IMG/VR virus record: IMGVR_UViG_3300022902_000004
Span: 62,268-126,267 of that record
Reading direction: 5' to 3' (one strand)
DNA: 64,000 nucleotides
From: a virus
Shown: one piece after another, positions 16,257-25,910 of the stretch
Numbering within the stretch: position 1 is the stretch's first letter
How the letters are laid out: the number at the start of each line of letters is the position of its first letter
Program-made: the position numbers and the translations under genes
The notes under the pieces: generated by a model
Told to the model about the DNA's origin: nothing
Database searches by the model: none
The model's input: the letters and a program-made list of their open reading frames with translations, nothing else

Positions 16257-19200
16257 CTATAGGATTTGCTTCATTTTGTATGATGCCGTGGAATGTCCCC
16301 AGTCGGCGTCGTGTTTTGTGTATGTCAGCCAAAGTGTGTAAGGCTCGACTTTTATTTTCTCTTTGCCCCAAACACGTAGCCAGGCGATTCGTGATTCATC
16401 ATCAATCACGCGGCAACGCATGAATGGTTTTCCGTTCTTCGTTTTCTTACGCTGGATCGTCTCGATACACATCCAGCCGATACCCTCATGCCCTTGTGGA
16501 ATGTCGTGCAATTTTGGAATACCTTTTGATTTCAGATGCGCCATGAGTTTAGGTGGAAATAACAGCTCAGTATTCGCAGCAGATGTTAGGTCATACGACA
16601 TTTCAACCTTTTCGGCCCGAGTCCAATCGCTGATGTCAGCAAAACGAGCCAGCTCAGTTTCTAGGAACAGCGGAGGCACTTCTCCCAACTTATTTGCTTT
16701 CTTGATCGCTGCCGCAGTCATTCCTAGGTTACCACGCTTGAGCTTAATATAATTCTTGTCGTCAGTGAGAGCAAACAGAAGCTGCCTGTAATTCAGAACA
16801 GACCCGTTGTGAATATCCTCCAATGAATCCATGGCTTCAATTTTGCAGAGCGCCTTCAATGCAGTTTTATTTGCCTTACTCAGTTTCCAGTTTCCATTTT
16901 CGTCAAAGAACATTTCATCCAAGGTTTTGAATGGACGCTCATTGATAATTTCGCGCATGGCAACCTTGCCGATCCCCTTCACGGCAGCCATTGGTGGCAC
17001 GAAAGCGTTTGCCGCCTCAGCGAATGTCCACTCGAAGTCAGAGTAATTCACGTCGACCTTTGCAATTGCATGGCCCATCTCCTTGATTTCTGCCAATGCC
17101 CTTGAAAGGCCTTTCGGGCTGCCATTCTCAGTTTCCAGAACCGTAGCCAGCCACTCCTTCTCATAGTGTGTCATCAACCAGGCACCGTAGTACGAATCGA
17201 TGGCATAAGCAATTGCGTGTGACTTGTTGAAGCCGTACAGCGAGAAATATGCAATCTTATCGAACAAGTCCTGTGCTTTCTTTCGGTTCATGCCACTTTT
17301 TTCAACACACCCATCAACAAACTTCTTTTCCAATGCCTCCTTTTCAGAAGATTTCTTTCCCAAAGACGTTAGATCCTTTTTAACCAATGTCTTCCGCATC
17401 TTGTCGGAGTCGCCTTCAGTAAACCCTGCCAATTTCACAGCAAGAAGCATGAAACTTTCCTGGAACACAATGAACCCGCATGTTTCTTCAAGCACCTCTT
17501 TGATGACAGGGTGGTCGTAAACCTGGGCAGCCGGGTTTGCCTTTGCTTTCACATAATCACGGTGAACATTTGCCTTCAATGGACCAGGACGATAGATTGC
17601 CGTCACCGCTGCCAACTCTGTCACGTTGTTTACCTGGGCATCTTTACAGAACTTCCTGGCTCCGCTCGATGTGAACTGGAAAATCCCAGGCCACTTGCCT
17701 TTTTTGTACACGTTATCAAACACCGACTGATCATCCGGATCAACATACCTGCAATTCAGCTTTTCATCATAGAATCGCTTGATATCTGCAAACGTAGGTG
17801 CTTTACCGGTCTCTTTCTTCAAGATTCGACGAATACAGTTCTCAACCATTTTCATTTGCTTGAGACCGAGGAAATCGAACTTCAAGAAACCGTTTTCCTC
17901 GAGGTTTCGAATGTTGACACCCTCTGTCCAGGGCGTCTGAAGTTCACCACGAACCTTGATCAATGGCATCGACTTTTCAAGCTCTGGACAAATCAGCACA
18001 CCACCGGCATGGCGGCCAACTGAGCGATTCATCATGAAGAGCGCCTTGATGTTGTGCTCGACGTCCGGATATTTCTCCATGAATGCCTTGTATGCTTTTG
18101 AGTATTTCATACAATCGTCATGCTTGAGCACAAACATCGACTTTTCCATGTTCGGATCACGGGATTTTCGCTCAACCTCTTTCTCCAGTGGTCCTGTGAC
18201 GGCATTTACCTCCGTGAACGGCACCCCGAAGAACTTCGAGACATCTTTTACCAACGATTTCAGCTTCAGTGTGTTGAAATTCGAGACTGGAATCACAGCA
18301 TCATCGCCGAAGAGTTCGCGAGCTGCGAAAATCAGTTCATCACGGTCACCAGCGTCAACGTCAATGTCAGGCCAACCAACACGATGACGACCAAGGAATC
18401 TGCCCCAAAGCAGACCGTGCGGAATCGGATCGACATGGGTGATGCCAAGGAGATAATTCACCAATGAACCGGCGCCAGATCCTCGTCCGGCACCCATCAA
18501 TGTTTTCTGTTCAGCGAGGTGCATTACCTTCTGCAACGTCAAGAAGTAGTTTTCAAAGCCCAGGAACTTGATGTCACTTAGCTCTGACAATGCTCTGGCA
18601 ACGTAAACCTTATCCTTCGACAGGCCTTCATCAACCAAAGCCTGCTTCACATTATCTCGGAGCTGGTCGAATGCAGACTTATCAGGCCTATCGAACGAAG
18701 GCAATTTCGCTGTGGTATCGAACCAAACCTCATCGCACATTTGCCATGCAACATCATGACCATTCTCAATTGACCCACGGACGAGATCCTCTGTCCCTTC
18801 ATACCAGTCGTACTTATCACGACATTTCAGGTATTCGTCCCACATTTGCTTTGCGTTTTTAGGGTAAAGCATGGTCTTCATTTCTTCACGTTCAGGAAGC
18901 TTGATCTCTTCTCCAACCTTCATACGACCAGGAAGCAGGTTTCGATAAATCTCACGAGCCTCCCAAAGATCAGGTCCTGGAAAGTGAGAATCAGCTGTTG
19001 AAATCAGACGTGTTCCCGTCTTCTTTGCCGCGTCAAGAACACAACGGTTCGTTAGATCCTGGGCACCCAAATCATTGAACTGCAATTCCAAGAAGAAGTT
19101 GTCAACACCCACGCAATCCGTGAAGCGGTCAATCATGTTCTCGATATTTCCAACAATCTTGCCACGAAGATTTGCATCATCAACGAGTTCCGGCTTCAAG

Positions 19201-19820
19201 CCCATGAACTTTGTATCAGGAAACTCCTGGAAAATGATTCCGGCGGGGCGACCTGAAACGCATGCCGTAGAAACTACAAGGCCTTCGCCATGCTCCTTTA
19301 GCATTTCGTAATCGATTCGAGGGAATCTATAGAACCCTTCCATGAACGATCGCTTCACCAGCGTGAACAGGTTGGCTAATCCAGTGGCATTTTTTGCAAT
19401 GACAACGAGGTGGTGACGTCGGTTTACATTGAAACCGGAGATGTCGACACGGGATTCGCCAACGTCTTCGACCACAAGACCGGCATCACTTCCGTCACCG
19501 GTTTGAGCTGTTCCCTTCTTTTTGGCGTCTTTCATAAGCGCTTTGTTTTTCGTCCACTCTTTGATAGAAGGAACGAAGTAGAATTCGACGCCGTAGATTT
19601 GACGGTATTTTTGGCCCTTCTTTTTTAGTTTCTTAGCGTGCGCGTGAGCATGTGCGAGACCGTTTCCGTTTCCGTGATCCGTTAGTGCCCAGCCATCAAG
19701 TTCATTCGATAAGCAGAAGTCGATATGCTGGTGGGGTTGCCCGAGTCCATCATACGCGCTGAACGTCGAATGAGAATGTATCGACACAAATCGATCCGGA
19801 GGAGTAAGAATACCTGTCAT
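16257..19820 (-). CDS. dnaE: DNA polymerase III alpha subunit (DnaE-type replicative polymerase, with PHP domain)
   Basis: The N-terminal PHP domain is FVSIHSHSTFSAYDG...DHGNGNG, and the palm is GAGRGSGAGSLVNYLLGITHVDP. The single continuous 1187 aa ORF shows no intein-sized insertion. Confidence 0.9.
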   Translation of the reverse strand: MTGILTPPDRFVSIHSHSTFSAYDGLGQPHQHIDFCLSNELDGWALTDHGNGNGLAHAHAHAKKLKKKGQKYRQIYGVEFYFVPSIKEWTKNKALMKDAKKKGTAQTGDGSDAGLVVEDVGESRVDISGFNVNRRHHLVVIAKNATGLANLFTLVKRSFMEGFYRFPRIDYEMLKEHGEGLVVSTACVSGRPAGIIFQEFPDTKFMGLKPELVDDANLRGKIVGNIENMIDRFTDCVGVDNFFLELQFNDLGAQDLTNRCVLDAAKKTGTRLISTADSHFPGPDLWEAREIYRNLLPGRMKVGEEIKLPEREEMKTMLYPKNAKQMWDEYLKCRDKYDWYEGTEDLVRGSIENGHDVAWQMCDEVWFDTTAKLPSFDRPDKSAFDQLRDNVKQALVDEGLSKDKVYVARALSELSDIKFLGFENYFLTLQKVMHLAEQKTLMGAGRGSGAGSLVNYLLGITHVDPIPHGLLWGRFLGRHRVGWPDIDVDAGDRDELIFAARELFGDDAVIPVSNFNTLKLKSLVKDVSKFFGVPFTEVNAVTGPLEKEVERKSRDPNMEKSMFVLKHDDCMKYSKAYKAFMEKYPDVEHNIKALFMMNRSVGRHAGGVLICPELEKSMPLIKVRGELQTPWTEGVNIRNLEENGFLKFDFLGLKQMKMVENCIRRILKKETGKAPTFADIKRFYDEKLNCRYVDPDDQSVFDNVYKKGKWPGIFQFTSSGARKFCKDAQVNNVTELAAVTAIYRPGPLKANVHRDYVKAKANPAAQVYDHPVIKEVLEETCGFIVFQESFMLLAVKLAGFTEGDSDKMRKTLVKKDLTSLGKKSSEKEALEKKFVDGCVEKSGMNRKKAQDLFDKIAYFSLYGFNKSHAIAYAIDSYYGAWLMTHYEKEWLATVLETENGSPKGLSRALAEIKEMGHAIAKVDVNYSDFEWTFAEAANAFVPPMAAVKGIGKVAMREIINERPFKTLDEMFFDENGNWKLSKANKTALKALCKIEAMDSLEDIHNGSVLNYRQLLFALTDDKNYIKLKRGNLGMTAAAIKKANKLGEVPPLFLETELARFADISDWTRAEKVEMSYDLTSAANTELLFPPKLMAHLKSKGIPKLHDIPQGHEGIGWMCIETIQRKKTKNGKPFMRCRVIDDESRIAWLRVWGKEKIKVEPYTLWLTYTKHDADWGHSTASYKMKQIL

Positions 19821-20728
19821 TTAGATTCCCAGTGTTGTATTGTGGATGAGTATCGTCCACAAAGATCATTATATTCAGTCTCGCCAATTATTTCAATTTT
19901 TACTTCAGGGTACTGTGCTTCGAACTCAGCAAACTTTTCCTTCGCTCGGGGTGTCCACCAGCCCTTCACCTCATAGTACAAATCGCCTACCTTGAAGTCC
20001 GGCGTGTATGTTCGGCCGCTTTCCAGCACGAAACTATCTGGTTCGTATTCGAACACTTTTCCTTCGTGAAGCAGGTAGCGTGCAAAATTGGCTTCCCAGC
20101 AACTACGAACATAAAAGCCCAAATCATCCCGAGTACCGCCTCTACCGAAAAACGAATGCTTGTTCCTTCCTTCACGAACTCGCTTTGCTGCCGCGATTCG
20201 CATGTTTCGTTTTGTTTTCTCGGAGTGCTTGAAGTTCTTCAGCCTTTCGCTGGTGAGTTTTCGAGCCTCAGGTGTTTTCATCCAATGCTCAACGCCGTGG
20301 TTATCAATGTACCCCTGCTTCACTTTTTCACGGAACTCGTCAGTTTTCCATCTTGCGGCTAGTTCCCGGGACATTCTTGCTTTCGTTTCATCTGGTATTT
20401 GATAGCCGCCGGCTTCACGAATCGTTTTCATCGAAGCAACCATCTTCGCGTTCTGTTCGTCAGTCCGGGTATAGCTTCCATTTGCCATTCTGGTGGCCAC
20501 CATTCCGCTCTGGACGCACGGAAAACATTTGGACACCTGTTTCTTTTTGCTGGTGTCTTGGAACGTTCCAGAGCAAACCAGGCACACCTTCTCAGTCGGT
20601 GGATGTTTCGTGTGCCTGGTTTTGTTTCTGAGCTTGTACCCGCAGGTCTTTCCGCAGGTTTTCACTGTTCCGTTTTTCGTTTCAAATTTGCACTCGCAAA
20701 CTTGGCATGTTTTGGTGTGTATCTTCAT
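19817..20728 (-). CDS. free-standing homing-endonuclease-like protein (C4 Zn finger plus C-terminal PD-(D/E)xK-like)
   Basis: CQVCECKF...CGKTCGYK, and the C-terminal TYTPDFKVGDLYYEVKGWW. Its stop overlaps the dnaE start (ATGA). Confidence 0.55.
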   Translation of the reverse strand: MKIHTKTCQVCECKFETKNGTVKTCGKTCGYKLRNKTRHTKHPPTEKVCLVCSGTFQDTSKKKQVSKCFPCVQSGMVATRMANGSYTRTDEQNAKMVASMKTIREAGGYQIPDETKARMSRELAARWKTDEFREKVKQGYIDNHGVEHWMKTPEARKLTSERLKNFKHSEKTKRNMRIAAAKRVREGRNKHSFFGRGGTRDDLGFYVRSCWEANFARYLLHEGKVFEYEPDSFVLESGRTYTPDFKVGDLYYEVKGWWTPRAKEKFAEFEAQYPEVKIEIIGETEYNDLCGRYSSTIQHWESK

Positions 20729-20774
20729 GTGTCTAAGTATCGCCGACGTTCATGAGCGCTCAACCTTTATTAGC

Positions 20775-21155
20775 CTAATTACAAATGCTTCGCACTTTTT
20801 TCGACAGTTTATAAGCCTGCTCATAGTGCTTCAAAGCTACAGCCCTGGCCATCTCAACAACCTCGCGGTGGTGGGCTTTTTCAGCTTTATCAGCTTTTTT
20901 CAATCTGGCAACTGCAATGTGTAAGAACTTTATTGAAAATCTGGCCTGACCGGCAGCATCGGTGAACTGAGCTTTAGCTGCCTTACATTTGACACTTTTC
21001 GATTCTTCGTCAATGGTGACTGGCGCCGTTTTTGCGGGCTGTGTTTGGGTCGTACCTGTTGGCTTACTTGGCGATTTGCCATTGGTACTAACAAAGGCAA
21101 GCCAGACAAAAGCAAGAAGAGCTGCAATAGCGAATTTGAAATTTGTCTTAGTCAT
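20775..21155 (-). CDS. secreted/periplasmic protein with cleavable signal peptide (126 aa)
   Basis: MTKTNFKFAIAALLAFVWLAFVSTNG is a typical Sec signal. Confidence 0.4.
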   Translation of the reverse strand: MTKTNFKFAIAALLAFVWLAFVSTNGKSPSKPTGTTQTQPAKTAPVTIDEESKSVKCKAAKAQFTDAAGQARFSIKFLHIAVARLKKADKAEKAHHREVVEMARAVALKHYEQAYKLSKKVRSICN

Positions 21156-21158
21156 TTC

Positions 21159-21608
21159 TTACTCCTCATACCCGCGGGCCCATTCCAAAGTACGAAGGGC
21201 TAGAACGCCCAGGCAATCTTCGTTGCGACCGTTTTTATGTGACGAAAACACGTCCTTTTTACGCCGGGTGTCTGTCACCTTGACATTCCATGATGCTGCG
21301 TATAGCGGCTGCCTTTCCCATACCAACTGGAATTCGTAATAATCACAAACTTTCTCAATCTCACGCTGGATACAACCGACTGTCGCCGCGTCTGTTAAGT
21401 CAAGATACACGTCGGCTTGCTTTCCACTGTGACTCTTGAGGGCTGCTTGAACACCGAGGAAGTGCCAATCACTCAAGTTCGGACTGTACGTCGTGATAAC
21501 ACGTGTCCAATAATCAGTTTCCAAATCCCTAACAAGGCAACCCTGCCAAATCATTTTCCAGTCGGCCTTCATTGCTTCTTTCGATTTTTCTTGCCACATC
21601 TTATTCAT
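21159..21608 (-). CDS. hypothetical protein (149 aa)
   Basis: ORF in array. Confidence 0.35.
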   Translation of the reverse strand: MNKMWQEKSKEAMKADWKMIWQGCLVRDLETDYWTRVITTYSPNLSDWHFLGVQAALKSHSGKQADVYLDLTDAATVGCIQREIEKVCDYYEFQLVWERQPLYAASWNVKVTDTRRKKDVFSSHKNGRNEDCLGVLALRTLEWARGYEE

Positions 21609-21904
21609 GTTGTTTTTCCCCAGTCATCCCAGTCATTCTCTAGATCAACCCAGTCTTCTGCTTCCACTAGTGTCGTGAACACATCTTCCCGAGACACGCT
21701 ATCAATTTTACCGTCGCTGAGGACACGAAAACCCGGGCCGCCACCTGACGACCACGATCCGTCGTCCCAATTGTCCACCGGTTCCATCAGCAAAACCGGC
21801 CCTTCGATATAGAACTCAGGGTTCGCTGGGGTCGCCTGTGCATACGGGCGGGTTTTCGCTACCCAAACTAAATCACCGGTTTTCATTGTCGCCGTCCGCA
21901 TCAA
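21605..21904 (-). CDS. hypothetical protein (99 aa)
   Basis: ORF with 4-nt overlap. Confidence 0.3.
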   Translation of the reverse strand: MMRTATMKTGDLVWVAKTRPYAQATPANPEFYIEGPVLLMEPVDNWDDGSWSSGGGPGFRVLSDGKIDSVSREDVFTTLVEAEDWVDLENDWDDWGKTT

Positions 21905-22217
21905 GCCATGTTTTCAAGAGTGCTAGCGAATCAGCGTTATGCTTTGAAACACCTTCGTGGCCTTGCAGCGCTTCCAATACACCAATCACAGCGGCGCCGC
22001 AAGTTTCATTTACTTCGCGAAGCACTGGAAACATGATCCCAGGATTTCCACGAGTGGAAACGCACACGCCATTCCACGCCCGCATCACACCGATATAATC
22101 ATCGTCACCAAAACATTTCTCAATTTCAGCAATATACTGTTCAGCAGTCATACAATCATCCCTCCGTTGAGATTCATTATACCATATTTTTTCGCCCTTT
22201 ACACGCGGTGCGAGCAC
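21873..22217 (-). CDS. hypothetical protein (114 aa)
   Basis: ORF in array. Confidence 0.3.
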   Translation of the reverse strand: MLAPRVKGEKIWYNESQRRDDCMTAEQYIAEIEKCFGDDDYIGVMRAWNGVCVSTRGNPGIMFPVLREVNETCGAAVIGVLEALQGHEGVSKHNADSLALLKTWLDADGDNENR

Positions 22218-22248
22218 CTTTTGTGCGAGCTACACGATATTTAGTGGT

Positions 22249-23178
22249 ATGATACACACATTGCGTCAATTGGTCCGTGAAACATTACTTGCTGAGAAGC
22301 GTATGCAGCCCGTTGGTGGGGAACACTTGGTAAAACGATTGAATCTAGAAATCAAGAAACTTTTATCTGAACCTGACATAAAAAATGAAATGAAAGCAAA
22401 ACTGCGCGGATCGACAGGTCTTCGTGACGATGACAAACTAGAAAAATTTGTCCATGATGACATTTCGAATGCGTCACACATCGCACAACTCCATCGAAGC
22501 TCAGGATACGTCGTTATAGAGTTTTATATTTCTCAATTTTTGAACTCGGGACCAATTAGAACGATGGCCGAAAAACGTGCAGACGACATAATTCGAAAAA
22601 CATCTAAAAACTATGGATGGTCTGTTCTTTCTGCAAACCATCGAGCACCCCCAGCCAGAGAGCTTCGTTATAACCTAGAAAGAAACTATGGGAATCGTAT
22701 AAGCGAAACAGAGGAGGTGTTATATCACGTGACGCGGTCACGTGACGTAGAAAGGATCCTGCGACAAGGGCTCACCCCTCGTCAAGCATCACACGAAACC
22801 GAAGAAGATAAACAAAACGACAGAGATTCAGGAGAACAACTGCAACAAGGGCGACAATATTCGCCCCGGGTGTACGTCACACCAAGCCTTGAGCTGGCAG
22901 ACGAGCTCTCCTTTTCATTTCAGCAGGATGGTTCAGACATGGGCGAGTACGATTATGAGGACTATACGTTTCTTAGAATTGACACGAGCAAATTGTTGCC
23001 TGGAACGAAATTTTATGAAGATTCAGAATTCGCCACGTCGCGTTACAAAGGCCAGTCATTCTGGACGTATTCTAGAATCCCAGCGGTGGCACTTTCAGTT
23101 GATATCGAAAGCCTCGCCGGCTACAAAAAATACCTGCGTGAGGTTGAGGCAGCAGCGCATGAAGACCCATGGTACTAA
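22249..23178 (+). CDS. Tpt1/KptA-like (RNA 2'-phosphotransferase / ADP-ribosyltransferase fold) protein, paralog 1, with conserved N-terminal leader
   Basis: The C-domain EVLYHVTRSRDVERILRQGLTPRQ...RVYVTPSLELADE resembles KptA [34 protein letters not shown]. The N-terminal leader is TLRQLVRETLLAEKRM. Confidence 0.45.
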   Translation: MIHTLRQLVRETLLAEKRMQPVGGEHLVKRLNLEIKKLLSEPDIKNEMKAKLRGSTGLRDDDKLEKFVHDDISNASHIAQLHRSSGYVVIEFYISQFLNSGPIRTMAEKRADDIIRKTSKNYGWSVLSANHRAPPARELRYNLERNYGNRISETEEVLYHVTRSRDVERILRQGLTPRQASHETEEDKQNDRDSGEQLQQGRQYSPRVYVTPSLELADELSFSFQQDGSDMGEYDYEDYTFLRIDTSKLLPGTKFYEDSEFATSRYKGQSFWTYSRIPAVALSVDIESLAGYKKYLREVEAAAHEDPWY

Positions 23179-24119
23179 ATAGTATGCATATGATATTTAA
23201 TGGTATGCCTAGCACATTACGCCAATTAGTCCGTGAAACACTGCTCGCTGAGCGACGCATGCAGCCCATCGGAGCAGAACATCTGGTGAAACGGTTAAAT
23301 GTAGAGTTCGGCAAAATCCTAAACTCACCTGCTGTTTTGAAACAAATGAGGAATGATGCCATTGCATCAATTGGCGAGAAAGGTGATCACACCGCAATCG
23401 ATGAAATTGTCGCATTAAAAATTAAGGAAAATTCAGATCCAGTCGGAAGCCACATTGACGACGCCGGCTACATCAACGTCATCATTCGTGTTGATCGCAT
23501 TTTAGCCGACGGCCCATTCATGGATTCATTTGAAAAAAACGTCGCCGAAATGTTCAAAACAACAGTTGGGAATTATGGCTGGTCGATACAGTCACTATCT
23601 CGTTCTTGGCATTCCCGTTGGATGATGTACGTGATAGAACGAAACTATGGCGACCAACAGCTCAATATGTCAAAAAAAATATACCATTTGGCGCGGTCAC
23701 AGGACGTAAAGAAAATCCTGAAAATGGGATTAATTCCGAAAAGACCATTGCAACTCGGGAATCATGATGAAGACTCAGAACATCTCGAGGTGGGTCGACA
23801 GTACGCGCCACGCGTTTATGTCACGACAAGCCGTAAACTAGGGAAAGAGCTTGTCAGTTTGTTCAGTGAGGCTGGTGGCTATAAAGGATCAGACAATATG
23901 GAGCATTATACTTTGCTCAAGATCAAAGGCCGGAAACTTTTACATGGCACTAAGTTTTATGCTGATGCAGAATTTGTATACAGCGATAAATGGAATGATC
24001 GCTCATTTTGGACGTACTCAAGAATTCCTCCGGAAGCAATCTCAATCGACAAAAAATGGCTCGCGGAATACCAAGAGTTTATGTCCCGTGATGATGATGA
24101 CGACCCAAGCTGGCCCTAA
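23169..24119 (+). CDS. Tpt1/KptA-like protein, paralog 2 (tandem duplicate)
   Basis: IYHLARSQDVKKILKMGLIPKR...RVYVTTS, and the N-terminus STLRQLVRETLLAERRMQPIG. There is nucleotide-level identity to paralog 1 over the leader (CAATTAGTCCGTGAAACACTGCTCGCTGAG). Confidence 0.45.
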   Translation: MVLNSMHMIFNGMPSTLRQLVRETLLAERRMQPIGAEHLVKRLNVEFGKILNSPAVLKQMRNDAIASIGEKGDHTAIDEIVALKIKENSDPVGSHIDDAGYINVIIRVDRILADGPFMDSFEKNVAEMFKTTVGNYGWSIQSLSRSWHSRWMMYVIERNYGDQQLNMSKKIYHLARSQDVKKILKMGLIPKRPLQLGNHDEDSEHLEVGRQYAPRVYVTTSRKLGKELVSLFSEAGGYKGSDNMEHYTLLKIKGRKLLHGTKFYADAEFVYSDKWNDRSFWTYSRIPPEAISIDKKWLAEYQEFMSRDDDDDPSWP

Positions 24120-24454
24120 ACAGCAAGTTTCGGTGTGATTTGCAACGGGACATACGGGGCATAAACATGGCCTGCATCAACAAATGACACACCCTTTCGA
24201 TTGTATGCGTAATCGTGAAGTTCCTTGGCTCTTTTTTCTGCTTCCGACTTGGACGTGAAAACGTTGACAATCAAGCATTCCCTGTCCTGCGCATTGACAA
24301 GTACCCAACACCGCCCTTCCCAGCAAGCCGGTTCCGGCGGATCGCTCGGCATCATTGTGATGAGCCCGGGATTGACCGTATATGGAGGTACTGATGTGTT
24401 GTGTGAGCGTATCGTCTGTGCGTCGACAACCCAAACTAAATCACCGACTCCCAT
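24116..24454 (-). CDS. hypothetical protein (112 aa)
   Basis: ORF convergent with the Tpt1-like pair. Confidence 0.35.
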   Translation of the reverse strand: MGVGDLVWVVDAQTIRSHNTSVPPYTVNPGLITMMPSDPPEPACWEGRCWVLVNAQDRECLIVNVFTSKSEAEKRAKELHDYAYNRKGVSFVDAGHVYAPYVPLQITPKLAV

Positions 24455-25306
24455 CTAAAAGTTTCCTCGCGCCCAACCTGATGCCAGTTTGTCGAGAACA
24501 AATGCAGATCCACCGAATATATCATATGCCTGCTTGAGCCATGCCGCCGGGCCGGCCAACGATGTTAATGAGGATCCAATAAGTTTGCCGACCATATCAC
24601 CCAGCATGCCAATCAACATATCAGTTAATTCATCAACGATTATGTCTTTGACGCCTTGCGCTGCAGCTCTGGTAATGTCCCCTGCTGTCATTTCATGTAT
24701 TTTTCTTAATACTGGCATAACATTTTCGGCAAGCCAACTAAATCCAAGCAGGCCGGCTGCTGCCGTCAACAATCCTTTCCACCCAGATGCCTGCATGTTA
24801 TCCCTAGCATTTTCCAATTTTGCTATAAGAGCCTTAACGATTTTTGAAACTGGTCCCATATTTAGCTCGTCCAGCCTTTTTATGAGCTTGTGCAAGTACT
24901 TCAAAATAGTCTTGGCTCTTTTCTTCATTAACTGTTGCAAACCGTTTTTGAAAGTATCAAGCTTGTCTGGATCTGTAACTGCCGCCGCCATGGCTGCTAT
25001 AACACCTTTTGCATTTCTTCCATAGGTTTTTAATGCGTTAGCCGGGACAGCGGCTTTCTGCTTGATGTTTTCAATACTGTCACCAACAAACTCAGCAGCA
25101 GATGACCACCATCCTTCAAATAGGAAATGTTCACGGAGTATGTACACTTGGAGCTTATTGTTTCCGCGAGACTCTACAAGAACATTCCGATCAATACCCA
25201 GGACACGCGTTACATATGCTTCATTAAATTGATGCTTAAGCGCTGAATCTGCGATTAGTGTTTCATTTACAAATCGCCGCAAGTTACTATTCATCGGTAC
25301 TTTCAT
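24455..25306 (-). CDS. hypothetical protein (283 aa) carrying leader-like N-terminus
   Basis: N-terminus MKVPMNSNLRRFVNETLIAD. Confidence 0.45.
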   Translation of the reverse strand: MKVPMNSNLRRFVNETLIADSALKHQFNEAYVTRVLGIDRNVLVESRGNNKLQVYILREHFLFEGWWSSAAEFVGDSIENIKQKAAVPANALKTYGRNAKGVIAAMAAAVTDPDKLDTFKNGLQQLMKKRAKTILKYLHKLIKRLDELNMGPVSKIVKALIAKLENARDNMQASGWKGLLTAAAGLLGFSWLAENVMPVLRKIHEMTAGDITRAAAQGVKDIIVDELTDMLIGMLGDMVGKLIGSSLTSLAGPAAWLKQAYDIFGGSAFVLDKLASGWARGNF

Positions 25307-25580
25307 CCTGCTTTATCTTCTTTGCAGCAGACTTTAGCAGCGGAAATATCCTGGTGATGTCATCTCCTGCATTCAAAATCGCTATAAAGAACTCGGCAAT
25401 TATATTATCTTGCAATCTGGACCTATCGCTAGTCGTCATCGCTTGCATCAGCTTTTGTTTGTTAATTTTTTGTCCTAGGCCCAATTTCGTGATGACCGAT
25501 GACAATTCATCATTTGTGTTTACTTGTTCAGTCAACGTTTTTCGAATAATATTTGTTAGCTGTCGTCTTGTGAATTTCAT
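25287..25580 (-). CDS. small protein of the leader family (97 aa)
   Basis: N-terminus MKFTRRQLTNIIRKTLTEQ. Confidence 0.35.
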   Translation of the reverse strand: MKFTRRQLTNIIRKTLTEQVNTNDELSSVITKLGLGQKINKQKLMQAMTTSDRSRLQDNIIAEFFIAILNAGDDITRIFPLLKSAAKKIKQDESTDE

Positions 25581-25610
25581 GAAAATCCTCTTTTAGCTAA
25601 ATATCCGGAG

Positions 25611-25910
25611 TCATTCAAGTTCTTCCTTAATTTTCTTGAAATACATCTTACGAAACTCGAATGTCTTCGGATCCGCGACCGTAACCATATACGCCCGACC
25701 TGATTGCGCAAGCTCATCGCTCTCGTCTATCTTTTCATAGAGACCTAGCATTTTGTACTGTGGAGGATCGAACTTCTCAGTTTGATTCGTGGCCGTATTA
25801 TAAAACATGTAGCCTCGCTTGATTGACCACACCTCTACGCCGTTTGCCACACATTCACGATTTATGATCGACGGTGTCAATCTCAGCTTCAAATCATTCG
25901 ATTGCTGCAT
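25611..25910 (-). CDS. hypothetical protein (99 aa)
   Basis: ORF in array. Confidence 0.35.
   Translation of the reverse strand: MQQSNDLKLRLTPSIINRECVANGVEVWSIKRGYMFYNTATNQTEKFDPPQYKMLGLYEKIDESDELAQSGRAYMVTVADPKTFEFRKMYFKKIKEELE

Noticed and set aside
17511-18387. Several 140 to 170 aa plus-strand ORFs inside the dnaE region
   Set aside because: They lie wholly antisense within a 1187-aa gene with clear DnaE motifs. No RBS is present and the composition reflects the opposite-strand codon bias.
16257-19820. Inteins or group I introns in dnaE, the RNR gene (46826..49285), the dnaB-like gene, the ThyX-like gene
   Set aside because: Each is a single continuous ORF of normal length with contiguous catalytic motifs. 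No Hint/LAGLIDADG-type insertions or in-frame stops are visible.
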